Shown here in pieces: positions 1 through 6,673 of a stretch of 42,351 nucleotides of DNA. Source of the stretch: a virus; the IMG/VR virus record IMGVR_UViG_3300045988_041457, positions 1-42,351 of that record. One strand, written 5' to 3'. The notes under the pieces are model-generated. The model saw only the letters and a list, made by a program, of their open reading frames with translations. It was not told the origin of the DNA and ran no database searches. Position 1 is the stretch's first letter. The number at the start of each line of letters is the position of its first letter. Made by a program: the position numbers and the translations under genes.

Positions 1-49
1 TGTACTTCTTCCTGCTCATTGACATCTTGGGCGCTGTGTTTGCGTGGTA
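1..49. repeat. Terminal duplication (identical to 42303-42351), the signature of a circular assembly or terminal redundancy
   Basis: Direct comparison shows both 49-mers read tgtacttcttcctgctcattgacatcttgggcgctgtgtttgcgtggta. Confidence 0.95.
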
Positions 50-251
50 TAACCTACCCTACTGCGCGATTTTAGCGACGCTGGGTGTGCTGCTTATTGA
101 AGGACGCTCCGTCATCGAGAACTCCAAGAAGAAGCAGAGCGCGGCTGGCAGAGTGGTGGATGCTGTTCAGGAGATTATCTCGTGCGTGGACAGCGAAAAG
201 GCTCAAAGGATTATCGAGATGATTAAGGAATACCCGAAACATAAACAATAA
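1..251 (+). CDS. Holin, 3' part (continuation of the ORF starting at 42098 across the circular junction; TcdE/phage holin_4-like)
   Basis: The frame of track ORF 27..251 is open back to nt 3. Nt 1-49 duplicate 42303-42351, so ATG 42098 reads through to the stop at 249-251 (151 aa in total). The protein has hydrophobic helices and the motif LIDMWTGIDAAKANKEKIMSHGLRKTVRKI. It lies directly upstream of the endolysin. Confidence 0.75.
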   Translation, partial: YFFLLIDILGAVFAWYNLPYCAILATLGVLLIEGRSVIENSKKKQSAAGRVVDAVQEIISCVDSEKAQRIIEMIKEYPKHKQ

Positions 252-263
252 AACTTAAAAAAA

Positions 264-689
264 ATGGGCACAATCAGTAAAGATTTTTCATTTTCGGAAT
301 TTGAGGACAGCAAAATAGCAGAAGAAAAGGGCATTTGCAATGTTGTTCGTTCCTTTGCCGTCCGCGATGCGATAAAGTCGCTTGTGGATAATGTTCTGCA
401 ACCATTGCGCGACATTGCAGGCGTACCACTTCGGATAAATTCCGGATATAGATGTAGTGAGCTAAACGCGGCCGTCGGTGGAGTTCCGACATCACAACAC
501 GTAAAGGGAGAAGCGGCGGATGTCGCTTTTCCTAAACCTATCGAATTGGCCAGAATGGCAGCGGACAATCATTTGCCATTTGACCAGATGATAATTTATC
601 CAACATTTGTGCATTTTTCACACAAACTGAAAGGTAGACAACGTCATCAGGTTTTGTATAACAAGTCATATAAAGGTGAAAAACTTTAA
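264..689 (+). CDS. Endolysin, peptidase M15 family (zinc D-Ala-D-Ala carboxypeptidase-like cell-wall hydrolase)
   Basis: The motif SGYRCSELNAAVGGVPTSQHVKGEAADV followed by FVHFSH gives the H..D..H zinc ligands typical of Peptidase_M15_3/M15A phage lysins. It is adjacent to the holin. Confidence 0.85.
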   Translation: MGTISKDFSFSEFEDSKIAEEKGICNVVRSFAVRDAIKSLVDNVLQPLRDIAGVPLRINSGYRCSELNAAVGGVPTSQHVKGEAADVAFPKPIELARMAADNHLPFDQMIIYPTFVHFSHKLKGRQRHQVLYNKSYKGEKL

Positions 690-694
690 GAGTT

Positions 695-1162
695 ATGTAT
701 AATTATGATTACAGCGATGACTTTGCAAAGCTATCGCAAGAAAAAAAGAAATGGTATCATGTGTTGCTTTATGTCCTATTGTGGATATGGCAATTGCCGC
801 AGAACCTTTTGGGGTTCATCTTCTCGGCAAATATAAGAGATAACGGAGGACAAAGGTATATCTATTGTCTAAAGATTAAAGGCAAGGTGCGTGAAGTTAG
901 ATTTGTTCATTTTCGTGCTTTTCCAGGCGGCGTCACTTTAGGCGAATATATCATTATTGGCGGAAAATGGGACGAAAGCGATGTGCGGCACGAATACGGA
1001 CATGTCCGACAATCACGAATGCTCGGGTGGTTGTATCTTGTGGTGATAGGGATTCCGTCATTGTGGCACGCGTGTTGGCATGATAAATTATGGGCAAAAA
1101 ACAAAGAGTATTCACATTTCTGGACTGAAAAATGGGCAGAAAATTTAGGAGGTGAATTATGA
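695..1162 (+). CDS. Membrane protein with an HExxH metallopeptidase-like motif (lysis-cassette accessory, function unknown)
   Basis: 155 aa. There are two hydrophobic helices (WYHVLLYVLLWIWQLPQNLLGFIF and LGWLYLVVIGIPSLW). HEYGH lies immediately before helix 2. The gene starts 5 nt after the endolysin stop. Confidence 0.6.
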   Translation: MYNYDYSDDFAKLSQEKKKWYHVLLYVLLWIWQLPQNLLGFIFSANIRDNGGQRYIYCLKIKGKVREVRFVHFRAFPGGVTLGEYIIIGGKWDESDVRHEYGHVRQSRMLGWLYLVVIGIPSLWHACWHDKLWAKNKEYSHFWTEKWAENLGGEL

Positions 1163-1278
1163 CAAAGATTGAAGAGAATGAAGTTCACTCGTTTGTCGAG
1201 ATAATGGGCGGCAAATATACGCTGAAGTTGAGCCGCGAAGTGGGGCAATCTGAACTAACATATACACCTAATGCGTAG
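1159..1278 (+). CDS. Small hypothetical ORF (39 aa)
   Basis: This ORF is below the track size cutoff. It has an ATGA start/stop overlap with 695..1162. GGAGG (1148-1152) lies 6 nt upstream of the ATG. Its end overlaps ATG 1271 of the next gene. Sequence: MTKIEENEVHSFVEIMGGKYTLKLSREVGQSELTYTPNA. Confidence 0.35.
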   Translation: MTKIEENEVHSFVEIMGGKYTLKLSREVGQSELTYTPNA

Positions 1279-1873
1279 GCGGTTGATTTTGGCGGCTGTC
1301 ATTGCTGCCATGCTTTTTGCAATAGTATTGCAGGGAGTTTCTATCGGTAGGCTGAAAGACGAGCGAAACCGGTACAGGGAGAACACGAAATCATTGCTCG
1401 TGGATGTCAACACCTACAAGGTGAGGGATTCTTTGAATGCGACAAAGGCGCATGACTTGTCGCTGGAATTGTCTGAACTGAAGAAATACCGGAAAGCGGA
1501 CGCGAAATTGATTGCCGACATGGGCGTAAAGTTGCGCAATCTGCAATCGTTAGCGAGCATGGGCACAGAGACGCGGACGGAATTTGTCACAAGAGTTGTC
1601 CGAGATACGATTATTAAGGTCGTAGGAGACACTAACACGGCCGCATTGATAGATTATGAGGACAAGTGGATGACGTTCAAAGGACGGCTCGAAAATGGGC
1701 AATTTCGGGGCAATATTATATCAAGGGATTCGCTGTTGTTGACTGAGAATGTGAAGTACAAGCGTTTTTTGTTCTGGAGAACCAAGAGGGTAAAAAGTCG
1801 TGATTTTAGGGTTGTTTCTAAAAATCCACATACGAAAATTGTAAATTGTGAACATATTATCATAAAAGAATAG
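1271..1873 (+). CDS. N-terminally membrane-anchored protein, last gene of the lysis cassette (candidate spanin-like or envelope-disruption factor)
   Basis: 200 aa. The N-terminus MRRRLILAAVIAAMLFAIVLQGV is a signal-anchor-like helix, followed by a predicted helical segment. A rho-independent terminator follows at 1932-1962. Confidence 0.55.
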   Translation: MRRRLILAAVIAAMLFAIVLQGVSIGRLKDERNRYRENTKSLLVDVNTYKVRDSLNATKAHDLSLELSELKKYRKADAKLIADMGVKLRNLQSLASMGTETRTEFVTRVVRDTIIKVVGDTNTAALIDYEDKWMTFKGRLENGQFRGNIISRDSLLLTENVKYKRFLFWRTKRVKSRDFRVVSKNPHTKIVNCEHIIIKE

Positions 1874-1931
1874 TATCTTTGCCTTTGTAAGTTATCCTTT
1901 ATTTGTTGGTTTAGTAGTTTTAGTGTTAGAG

Positions 1932-1962
1932 GCAATCCGCAGTGATGCGCATTGCTTTTTTT
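1932..1962 (+). terminator. Rho-independent terminator ending the late/lysis operon
   Basis: The stem pairs gcaat-c-cgc with gcg-c-attgc around a 6-nt loop and is followed by T7 (1956-1962). Confidence 0.7.
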
Positions 1963-2049
1963 ATTATATTTGCTGTGTCATTATTAAAAGCGTTGATGTT
2001 ATATGTTTTTCGAAAATGGTGCGTTGTGAAATGAGCCATTTTTGCGTTT

Positions 2050-2123
2050 TAGTCGTTTTTAGTCGTTTGTGGTCGTTTTTGGTCGTTTTTAGGCATTTTC
2101 TATCCGAAGATGATAAATTATAC
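2050..2123 (+). promoter_or_regulatory. Class-2 composite motif, copy A: five 10-bp-phased boxes plus core
   Basis: The boxes are TAGTCGT (2050), TAGTCGT (2060), TGGTCGT (2070), TGGTCGT (2080) and TAGGCAT (2090), spaced exactly 10 bp apart. The core AAGATGATAAATTATAC (2107-2123) starts 17 nt after the last box. Confidence 0.6.
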
Positions 2124-2197
2124 CTTTTTGACTTTTGGTGCGAAATACGGATGTTTTCGAAAAAATTAACTTTTTTATTAAAAAATATAAAAAAAAG

Positions 2198-2276
2198 TTT
2201 GCATTATTCAAATATTGGTTGTACCTTTGCTTTCGAGATGAGGGAAATACCTCACACGGACAAGGCCGATTCCTTG
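2198..2276 (+). promoter_or_regulatory. Class-1 promoter plus twin-hairpin leader, copy 1
   Basis: TTTG at 2198-2201, a 20-nt spacer, and TACCTTTG at 2222-2229. The hairpins are TGAGG-gaaata-CCTCA (2239-2254) and CAAGG-ccgatt-CCTTG (2261-2276). ATG at 2301. Confidence 0.7.
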
Positions 2277-2300
2277 AACATAAAACAAAAACATAAAGTC

Positions 2301-2495
2301 ATGAAAGCATACGGAATGATGATGCCAAGAACGCATAAGCATTACATTAAGAAAATACGTGGTTGGTTCTATGTCTTTGAGTGTGATGACCTTTCAGGTG
2401 ATGCATTTTTCGAAACAAAGGAAGAAGCAGAAAAATATATCGCAGAAATAGAAGAAGCATGGCAAAAAAAATTAGGAATAACTTGCAAAAAATAA
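2301..2495 (+). CDS. Hypothetical early protein (64 aa)
   Basis: This is the 3' part of track ORF 1923..2495. I moved the start to ATG 2301 because 1963-2300 contains a terminator, repeat arrays and a canonical promoter plus leader ending about 25 nt upstream. Confidence 0.6.
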   Translation: MKAYGMMMPRTHKHYIKKIRGWFYVFECDDLSGDAFFETKEEAEKYIAEIEEAWQKKLGITCKK

Positions 2496-2501
2496 AGAGA
2501 C

Positions 2502-2735
2502 ATGGCAACATTAAAATATACAGTACGAGACATTAACCATAATTTCAAAATTAAGGTTTACGGAATCCACAATGGGCAGAAAGTTGATAAGTTGGTAGGA
2601 GTTAGCGGATTCCTTGCAATAGTAGAAGATGTCGAGTTGTGCAACAGGCTTCTGGATAGGGCATTCAAGACAATGAAAGACAAAGAGGTCTGCAAACTTC
2701 GTAGAGGTATAAAGTTCACTTTTTATTGTGTCTAG
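2502..2735 (+). CDS. Hypothetical early protein (77 aa)
   Basis: Track ORF with an ATG start 6 nt after the previous stop. Confidence 0.6.
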   Translation: MATLKYTVRDINHNFKIKVYGIHNGQKVDKLVGVSGFLAIVEDVELCNRLLDRAFKTMKDKEVCKLRRGIKFTFYCV

Positions 2736-2736
2736 T

Positions 2737-3045
2737 ATGGCAAAGAAGAAACAGACATTAGGCGAAATGTATTCGGAAATTCTTTCGCGTCCGGACATGT
2801 CCGGACGTTGGAAGAAACCGATGAAGTTGTCGGATTGCTGGTGTGTGGGTTCGATATTTCCGGATGAAAGCAAAGCGCGATTGTTCAGATATGATTTGCT
2901 TCTAAAGCAGATGCCGTATCTTTTCGTAGACATGCGCGAAAATAAAGTGGTAGTCGTTATCCGTGCGGATTTCATATTGTCCGATGAAGTGAGGAAGATA
3001 GCAGAATTGTATGACGGCGAGCCGTACAATGTCTCCTTGAAATAA
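2737..3045 (+). CDS. Hypothetical early protein (102 aa)
   Basis: Track ORF 2728..3045 starts at GTG. ATG 2737 lies 1 nt after the previous stop (2733-2735). The gene contains a 20-bp perfect palindrome at 2788-2807. Confidence 0.6.
   Translation: MAKKKQTLGEMYSEILSRPDMSGRWKKPMKLSDCWCVGSIFPDESKARLFRYDLLLKQMPYLFVDMRENKVVVVIRADFILSDEVRKIAELYDGEPYNVSLK
2788..2807. repeat. 20-bp perfect palindrome inside a coding region
   Basis: CGTCCGGACATGTCCGGACG equals its own reverse complement. Confidence 0.9.
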
Positions 3046-3049
3046 AAAA

Positions 3050-3083
3050 GGGCTTGCGTAAAACTTTGAAAAACCGCAAGCCC
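3050..3083. terminator. GC-rich hairpin after the first early cassette (orientation ambiguous)
   Basis: GGGCTTGCG (3050-3058) pairs with CGCAAGCCC (3075-3083) around a 16-nt loop. The T-run lies on the minus-strand side and an A-run follows on the + strand. Confidence 0.35.
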
Positions 3084-3165
3084 GAAGAAAAAATGAAACA
3101 AGGTTGACAACTTGTAATGCAAAGATAGCAAAAAAATACGATATTATGTTGTCATGTTGATTTTG

Positions 3166-3202
3166 AGTTGTGGCCGTTGTGAAATGTCCACAACTTTTTT
3201 TT
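3166..3202 (+). terminator. Rho-independent terminator
   Basis: AGTTGTGG (3166-3173) pairs with CCACAACT (3088 offset: 3188-3195) and is followed by a T8 run to 3202. Confidence 0.65.
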
Positions 3203-3223
3203 ATAAAAAAAATATGCAAAATG

Positions 3224-3298
3224 TTTGCAGAATTAAAAATAATGCTTAACTTTGTATCGGATTCAAGAATGAATCTGACTGACATGGCAGTTTCCATG
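3224..3298 (+). promoter_or_regulatory. Class-1 promoter plus twin-hairpin leader, copy 2
   Basis: TTTG at 3224-3227, a 19-nt spacer, and TAACTTTG at 3247-3254. The hairpins are GATTC-aagaat-GAATC (3260-3275) and CATGG-cagttt-CCATG (3283-3298). ATG at 3318. Confidence 0.75.
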
Positions 3299-3317
3299 AA
3301 TCATAAAATTTTAGAAT

Positions 3318-3647
3318 ATGAAGCCTATTATCTTGGACGTTGAGAATGTAAAAACATTCGTTGGAAAGAAAATCAAATGGAATGCGGATGCGTATTATCT
3401 GAATAGACCCTATGAGGGTGTTGCGGTAATAACAGAGATTGTTGAGGGCAAAAGAGATGAGTTCTCTAAAATCGTTAGTAAAACTCTAAAGTGCGAGACC
3501 CTTTCTGGTGATAACTTGGAGTATGCGTTTGTTGCCGATTTTGGGTTGGAAGAAAGAGATGGCGAAATGTTCTATGCTAATACACCGCATGTCTATTGCT
3601 ACACTGATGCAGATAGGCCAGTTTGTATTCAGGAAATAGAAGATTAA
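3318..3647 (+). CDS. Hypothetical early protein (109 aa)
   Basis: Track ORF. It is a monocistronic cassette, preceded by promoter/leader copy 2 and followed by the terminator at 3703-3729. Confidence 0.7.
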   Translation: MKPIILDVENVKTFVGKKIKWNADAYYLNRPYEGVAVITEIVEGKRDEFSKIVSKTLKCETLSGDNLEYAFVADFGLEERDGEMFYANTPHVYCYTDADRPVCIQEIED

Positions 3648-3702
3648 GTGTTATAATGTGCGCTTTGCCTTTTTTAAGTTGGGAATAATGTGAGATTTTT
3701 AT

Positions 3703-3729
3703 AGGCAAGGTTAATTCCTTGCCTTTTTT
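3703..3729 (+). terminator. Rho-independent terminator after 3318..3647
   Basis: AGGCAAGG-ttaatt-CCTTGCCT is followed by TTTTTT. Confidence 0.8.
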
Positions 3730-3759
3730 ACGTTTTTTTCAAAAAAAATAAAGAAAAAG

Positions 3760-3832
3760 TTTGCACATTAAAAATAAATGCCTACCTTTGTACCAGAATC
3801 AAGGATGATTCACTGACTAGGCAGATTCCTAG
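3760..3832 (+). promoter_or_regulatory. Class-1 promoter plus twin-hairpin leader, copy 3
   Basis: TTTG at 3760-3763, a 19-nt spacer, and TACCTTTG at 3783-3790. The hairpins are GAATC-aaggat-GATTC (3796-3811) and CTAGG-cagatt-CCTAG (3817-3832). ATG at 3853. Confidence 0.75.
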
Positions 3833-3852
3833 AATGAGAAAATTTATTAGTT

Positions 3853-4722
3853 ATGGCAACAATTAACACAATAAGAAAGCAGATTGAAACCGCAACAAAG
3901 CGCATGGAATCGGCAAAGGCTAAAATAGCAATGTATGATGAGCGAACAGCTAATACTATTGCCAAGGCAGCCAAGGCAACAGGAATGAACGTAACAATTG
4001 ATAATTACGACAAATTATTGTCGACTATTGAGAATTGGGAATGGCGCTACAAAATCGAGTGCAATATAGATAGCAAAAAGTCTAACGAGAAGATTGCTTC
4101 GAAAGAAGTCGAAATGTTGAAATTGTTGAACGTGAAATTGACAAAGATGGAACAGAGTGCAGCGGAAAAGGAAATTGCAAATAGCGCGTTAAAAGTTGCA
4201 TTGAGCGATGTAATGTCAGACTTCAAAAAGTGCTGGTTCGAAAAGATGATAAATTGGTATTCCGCTCATTATGACATCATGCGAAATGCTTTGCCGGAAG
4301 CCATTGAGCGGAGAAAAAAATGCGATAGGATTGAACGAAATTACATGTACGATTTTTTAAGGATGCGCAAATATCATATAAGAATGTATAATTTCGTGAA
4401 AGCAGAAAGGCATAAGGCAATAGAAATCATCTTTGATAATGCAAATCGCATGGATAAAGTGAGGTATATGTCCGAAGTCAATACAATGCTGGTTAATAGC
4501 TGGGAAAAAGGAATTGACAAATTGGCTGACAAGTGCAAGTCTTTCGGAATTGATGAAAACAAAATTAAGGTTGAAAATCCGGAGATGACAGAAAAGGGTT
4601 TCGAGGTCTTAATAACTGACGGAAAAGCAAGAAATATATATGCTCGTGTGATTTGGGCGGCCGAATATTCATCATTTGTTATGCCGCACACAAGATATAT
4701 AGTAACCGAAAGAACAAAGTAA
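3853..4722 (+). CDS. Hypothetical protein (289 aa), helical and Lys/Glu-rich
   Basis: Track ORF preceded by promoter/leader copy 3. I recognised no motif. Confidence 0.7.
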   Translation: MATINTIRKQIETATKRMESAKAKIAMYDERTANTIAKAAKATGMNVTIDNYDKLLSTIENWEWRYKIECNIDSKKSNEKIASKEVEMLKLLNVKLTKMEQSAAEKEIANSALKVALSDVMSDFKKCWFEKMINWYSAHYDIMRNALPEAIERRKKCDRIERNYMYDFLRMRKYHIRMYNFVKAERHKAIEIIFDNANRMDKVRYMSEVNTMLVNSWEKGIDKLADKCKSFGIDENKIKVENPEMTEKGFEVLITDGKARNIYARVIWAAEYSSFVMPHTRYIVTERTK

Positions 4723-4726
4723 AAAT

Positions 4727-5155
4727 ATGAAAATTAAGAATGATGAAAACTTGCAACGCTTGGCCGAAGTTGCCGGCGTTGCTCCAGAAACAATGTCGAA
4801 GCACATTGCATCTAATCTCTTAAAGTTTGACGATACGATAGATGATAGCAACAATTGGCTAAATGAAATAGCCGATTTTATTCCAGAAGATACGCCGATA
4901 TGCGATGTCGCAAAGATGTTGGACAAGTGCGGAATTAAGCGCCGGACAATGGCAACTTTATCGGCCTTTTTTCATTGCGTTGTAATTGGAGATGGAACTT
5001 GCCCTGTATGTGGTGGAGATTTGGACGTTGAGGAAATCGGGCATTATCTGAATGATGGAGATAGTTACACAGAACGCACATGGGTAGTTGATGAGTATGT
5101 GCATGTATGTCATGAATGTGGTTTTACAAAAAAAAGTAAGTATGAAGAATTTTAA
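4727..5155 (+). CDS. Hypothetical protein with a C-terminal zinc-ribbon (CPVCG...CHECG)
   Basis: Track ORF. Two CxxC pairs lie about 35 aa apart near the C-terminus. Confidence 0.65.
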   Translation: MKIKNDENLQRLAEVAGVAPETMSKHIASNLLKFDDTIDDSNNWLNEIADFIPEDTPICDVAKMLDKCGIKRRTMATLSAFFHCVVIGDGTCPVCGGDLDVEEIGHYLNDGDSYTERTWVVDEYVHVCHECGFTKKSKYEEF

Positions 5156-5381
5156 GATTGAAGAAGCCCTCGCGAGGGCGAAAGACAACGGAGCGCGAAT
5201 ATTCAAGACTGATATTGCCGCAAAGCTATGGCCGGAATCAAATCGCGACACACAAAGAATGAATATGACAAATCTTTGCAATGGTCGAAGCACGAGAATA
5301 AAGCCGGAATGGGCATTGATAATATGCGACATGTGCGGTTGTACGTTGGACTTTTTATTTGGTAAAGACGATGAAAAATAA
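5142..5381 (+). CDS. XRE-type helix-turn-helix DNA-binding protein (79 aa)
   Basis: Track ORF 5088..5381. ATG 5142 is in frame and limits the overlap with the upstream gene to 14 nt. The pattern IAAKLW...TQRMNMTNLCNGRS...ALIICDMCGCTLDFLFG resembles Cro/C1-type HTH proteins. Confidence 0.6.
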   Translation: MKNFKIEEALARAKDNGARIFKTDIAAKLWPESNRDTQRMNMTNLCNGRSTRIKPEWALIICDMCGCTLDFLFGKDDEK

Positions 5382-5532
5382 ATCATATTTGACGTGGACG
5401 ATTGTCTGGTCGGTTATCGCGTTATTAACGATTATTAGCACGTTCTGGAATAAAGCGCAATGGATTAGTTTCGGAGTCGCATTTATTATGGCAATTGGGT
5501 GCTATAAGGAATATTTAGATAGTGAGGAATAG
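5371..5532 (+). CDS. Small membrane protein (53 aa, two hydrophobic helices)
   Basis: This ORF is below the track cutoff. ATG 5371 overlaps the last codons of the HTH gene. Sequence: MKNKSYLTWTIVWSVIALLTIISTFWNKAQWISFGVAFIMAIGCYKEYLDSEE. It fills an otherwise empty 175-nt gap. Confidence 0.5.
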   Translation: MKNKSYLTWTIVWSVIALLTIISTFWNKAQWISFGVAFIMAIGCYKEYLDSEE

Positions 5533-5555
5533 ACAACTAAAACAAAATAAAAAAA

Positions 5556-6671
5556 ATGAAAGAGAAAGAAACAAACGTGGCATTTGACATGCTCAAAGAG
5601 CCTGAAAGGATGGAAATCACGTCCGGTATGACAACGGAGGAAATCAAGGCGTTGTTCTTCGATGCGAGCGCATTGAGAGAGCCGAAATACAAGGTCTATC
5701 GCCTTGACAGCAACGGCTATCGCTATTATTACAGATTCAACGAGGCAGGTGAACCGGAGTTCTATCCTTCAGTTACTACATTGTTAAGGCAGGTAATGCC
5801 GACAAGTCCGTTTTTGATTTCGTGGATGATGGAGAATGGCAAAGAACAGGCGGAAGAAAAGCGCGATTTGTCCGCCGCTTACGGAACGTTGATGCACATG
5901 GAATTTGAGCGATTGATAATATCGCGCAAGTATGACTTTGACGCGGTGCCGGAAGTCGTGAGGGCGTATATGCAAGAGAACCATTTGCCGGATAAGTTCT
6001 TCGGCGATAGCGTGGTGAAGTTGCGTAAAGATGTGCTTGCTTTTGCGCAGTTCATAAAGGATTACAACGTCAAGCCGTTGGCTATCGAGATAGGACTTGT
6101 TCATCCGGAGTATCACTTTGCCGGATGCGTGGATATGCCTTGCGAAATGGTTGACCCAAAGACGGGCGAGGTGTTCAAAGCTATTGTTGATTTCAAGTCT
6201 GGACGCAAGGGATTCTTCGAGGAACACGAGATTCAGTTGCATTTGTACGCGATGATGTGGAATGTGAACTTTCCGGACATGCAGATTGACAAGGTGTTTA
6301 ATTTTTCGCCGAAAGATTGGCGCACGAAGCCGACATATAATTTGAAAGACCAGACGGATTCGCCAAATGCGGCCAAGATTCCGGCATTGTTGCAGTTAGC
6401 AACGATTGAGGATGAGAAGCGAAAGAACACATTGACAATCGTACATGGTGAGATTTCGCTGGACAACAACGAGCCGCTGAATAATATTCTTTCCATTTCG
6501 CTTGCGGAACTCGTAAAGAGTAAGACAAGCAAGGAAGAAATGGCCGAAATTAGGCCAAATTTCGAGCCTAAGGAAGAAAGCGAGGGAAATATACCTTTGG
6601 TCGAGGAAAAGGCGAATACGGACGGAATTTGCGGCATACCGCAAGACTTGTTCGATGAAGATGAGTTTTGA
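5556..6671 (+). CDS. PD-(D/E)XK superfamily nuclease (RecB/Cas4-like phage exonuclease)
   Basis: The sequence GCVDM ... AIVDFKSGRK ... HEIQLHLYAMMW gives the D / D-x-K / QxxxY motif order of RecB-family nucleases. Confidence 0.65.
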   Translation: MKEKETNVAFDMLKEPERMEITSGMTTEEIKALFFDASALREPKYKVYRLDSNGYRYYYRFNEAGEPEFYPSVTTLLRQVMPTSPFLISWMMENGKEQAEEKRDLSAAYGTLMHMEFERLIISRKYDFDAVPEVVRAYMQENHLPDKFFGDSVVKLRKDVLAFAQFIKDYNVKPLAIEIGLVHPEYHFAGCVDMPCEMVDPKTGEVFKAIVDFKSGRKGFFEEHEIQLHLYAMMWNVNFPDMQIDKVFNFSPKDWRTKPTYNLKDQTDSPNAAKIPALLQLATIEDEKRKNTLTIVHGEISLDNNEPLNNILSISLAELVKSKTSKEEMAEIRPNFEPKEESEGNIPLVEEKANTDGICGIPQDLFDEDEF

Positions 6672-6673
6672 TT

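Noticed and set aside
2044-2100. The tandem 10-bp repeats as a CRISPR array or minisatellite.
   Set aside because: The repeats are only 10 bp long with no spacers. Their sequence matches boxes found singly or in pairs at four other regulatory sites. I interpret them as protein-binding boxes.
1923-2300. The 5' two-thirds of track ORF 1923..2495 (190 aa).
   Set aside because: This stretch contains a terminator, 10-bp tandem boxes, AT-rich palindromes and a canonical promoter plus leader. The translated sequence is Phe/Cys/Val-rich nonsense. Only the part from ATG 2301 is credible.
3050-3083. The GC hairpin as a minus-strand terminator implying a minus-strand gene.
   Set aside because: The T-run is on the minus-strand side, but there is no credible minus-strand gene for it to terminate. 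It more likely contributes to + strand termination or insulation together with the terminator at 3166-3202.
2511-3131. A 206-aa minus-strand ORF, and other long minus-strand track ORFs (for example 33691..34569, 28536..29099, 31777..32388, 36465..37019, 14520..15029, 21252..21761).
   Set aside because: They lie antisense to well-supported + strand genes (TMP, capsid and others). Their composition is Ser/Phe/Leu/Cys-rich and unlike real proteins. They have no promoter motifs and span several + strand genes. They are typical shadow ORFs in a genome transcribed entirely from one strand.
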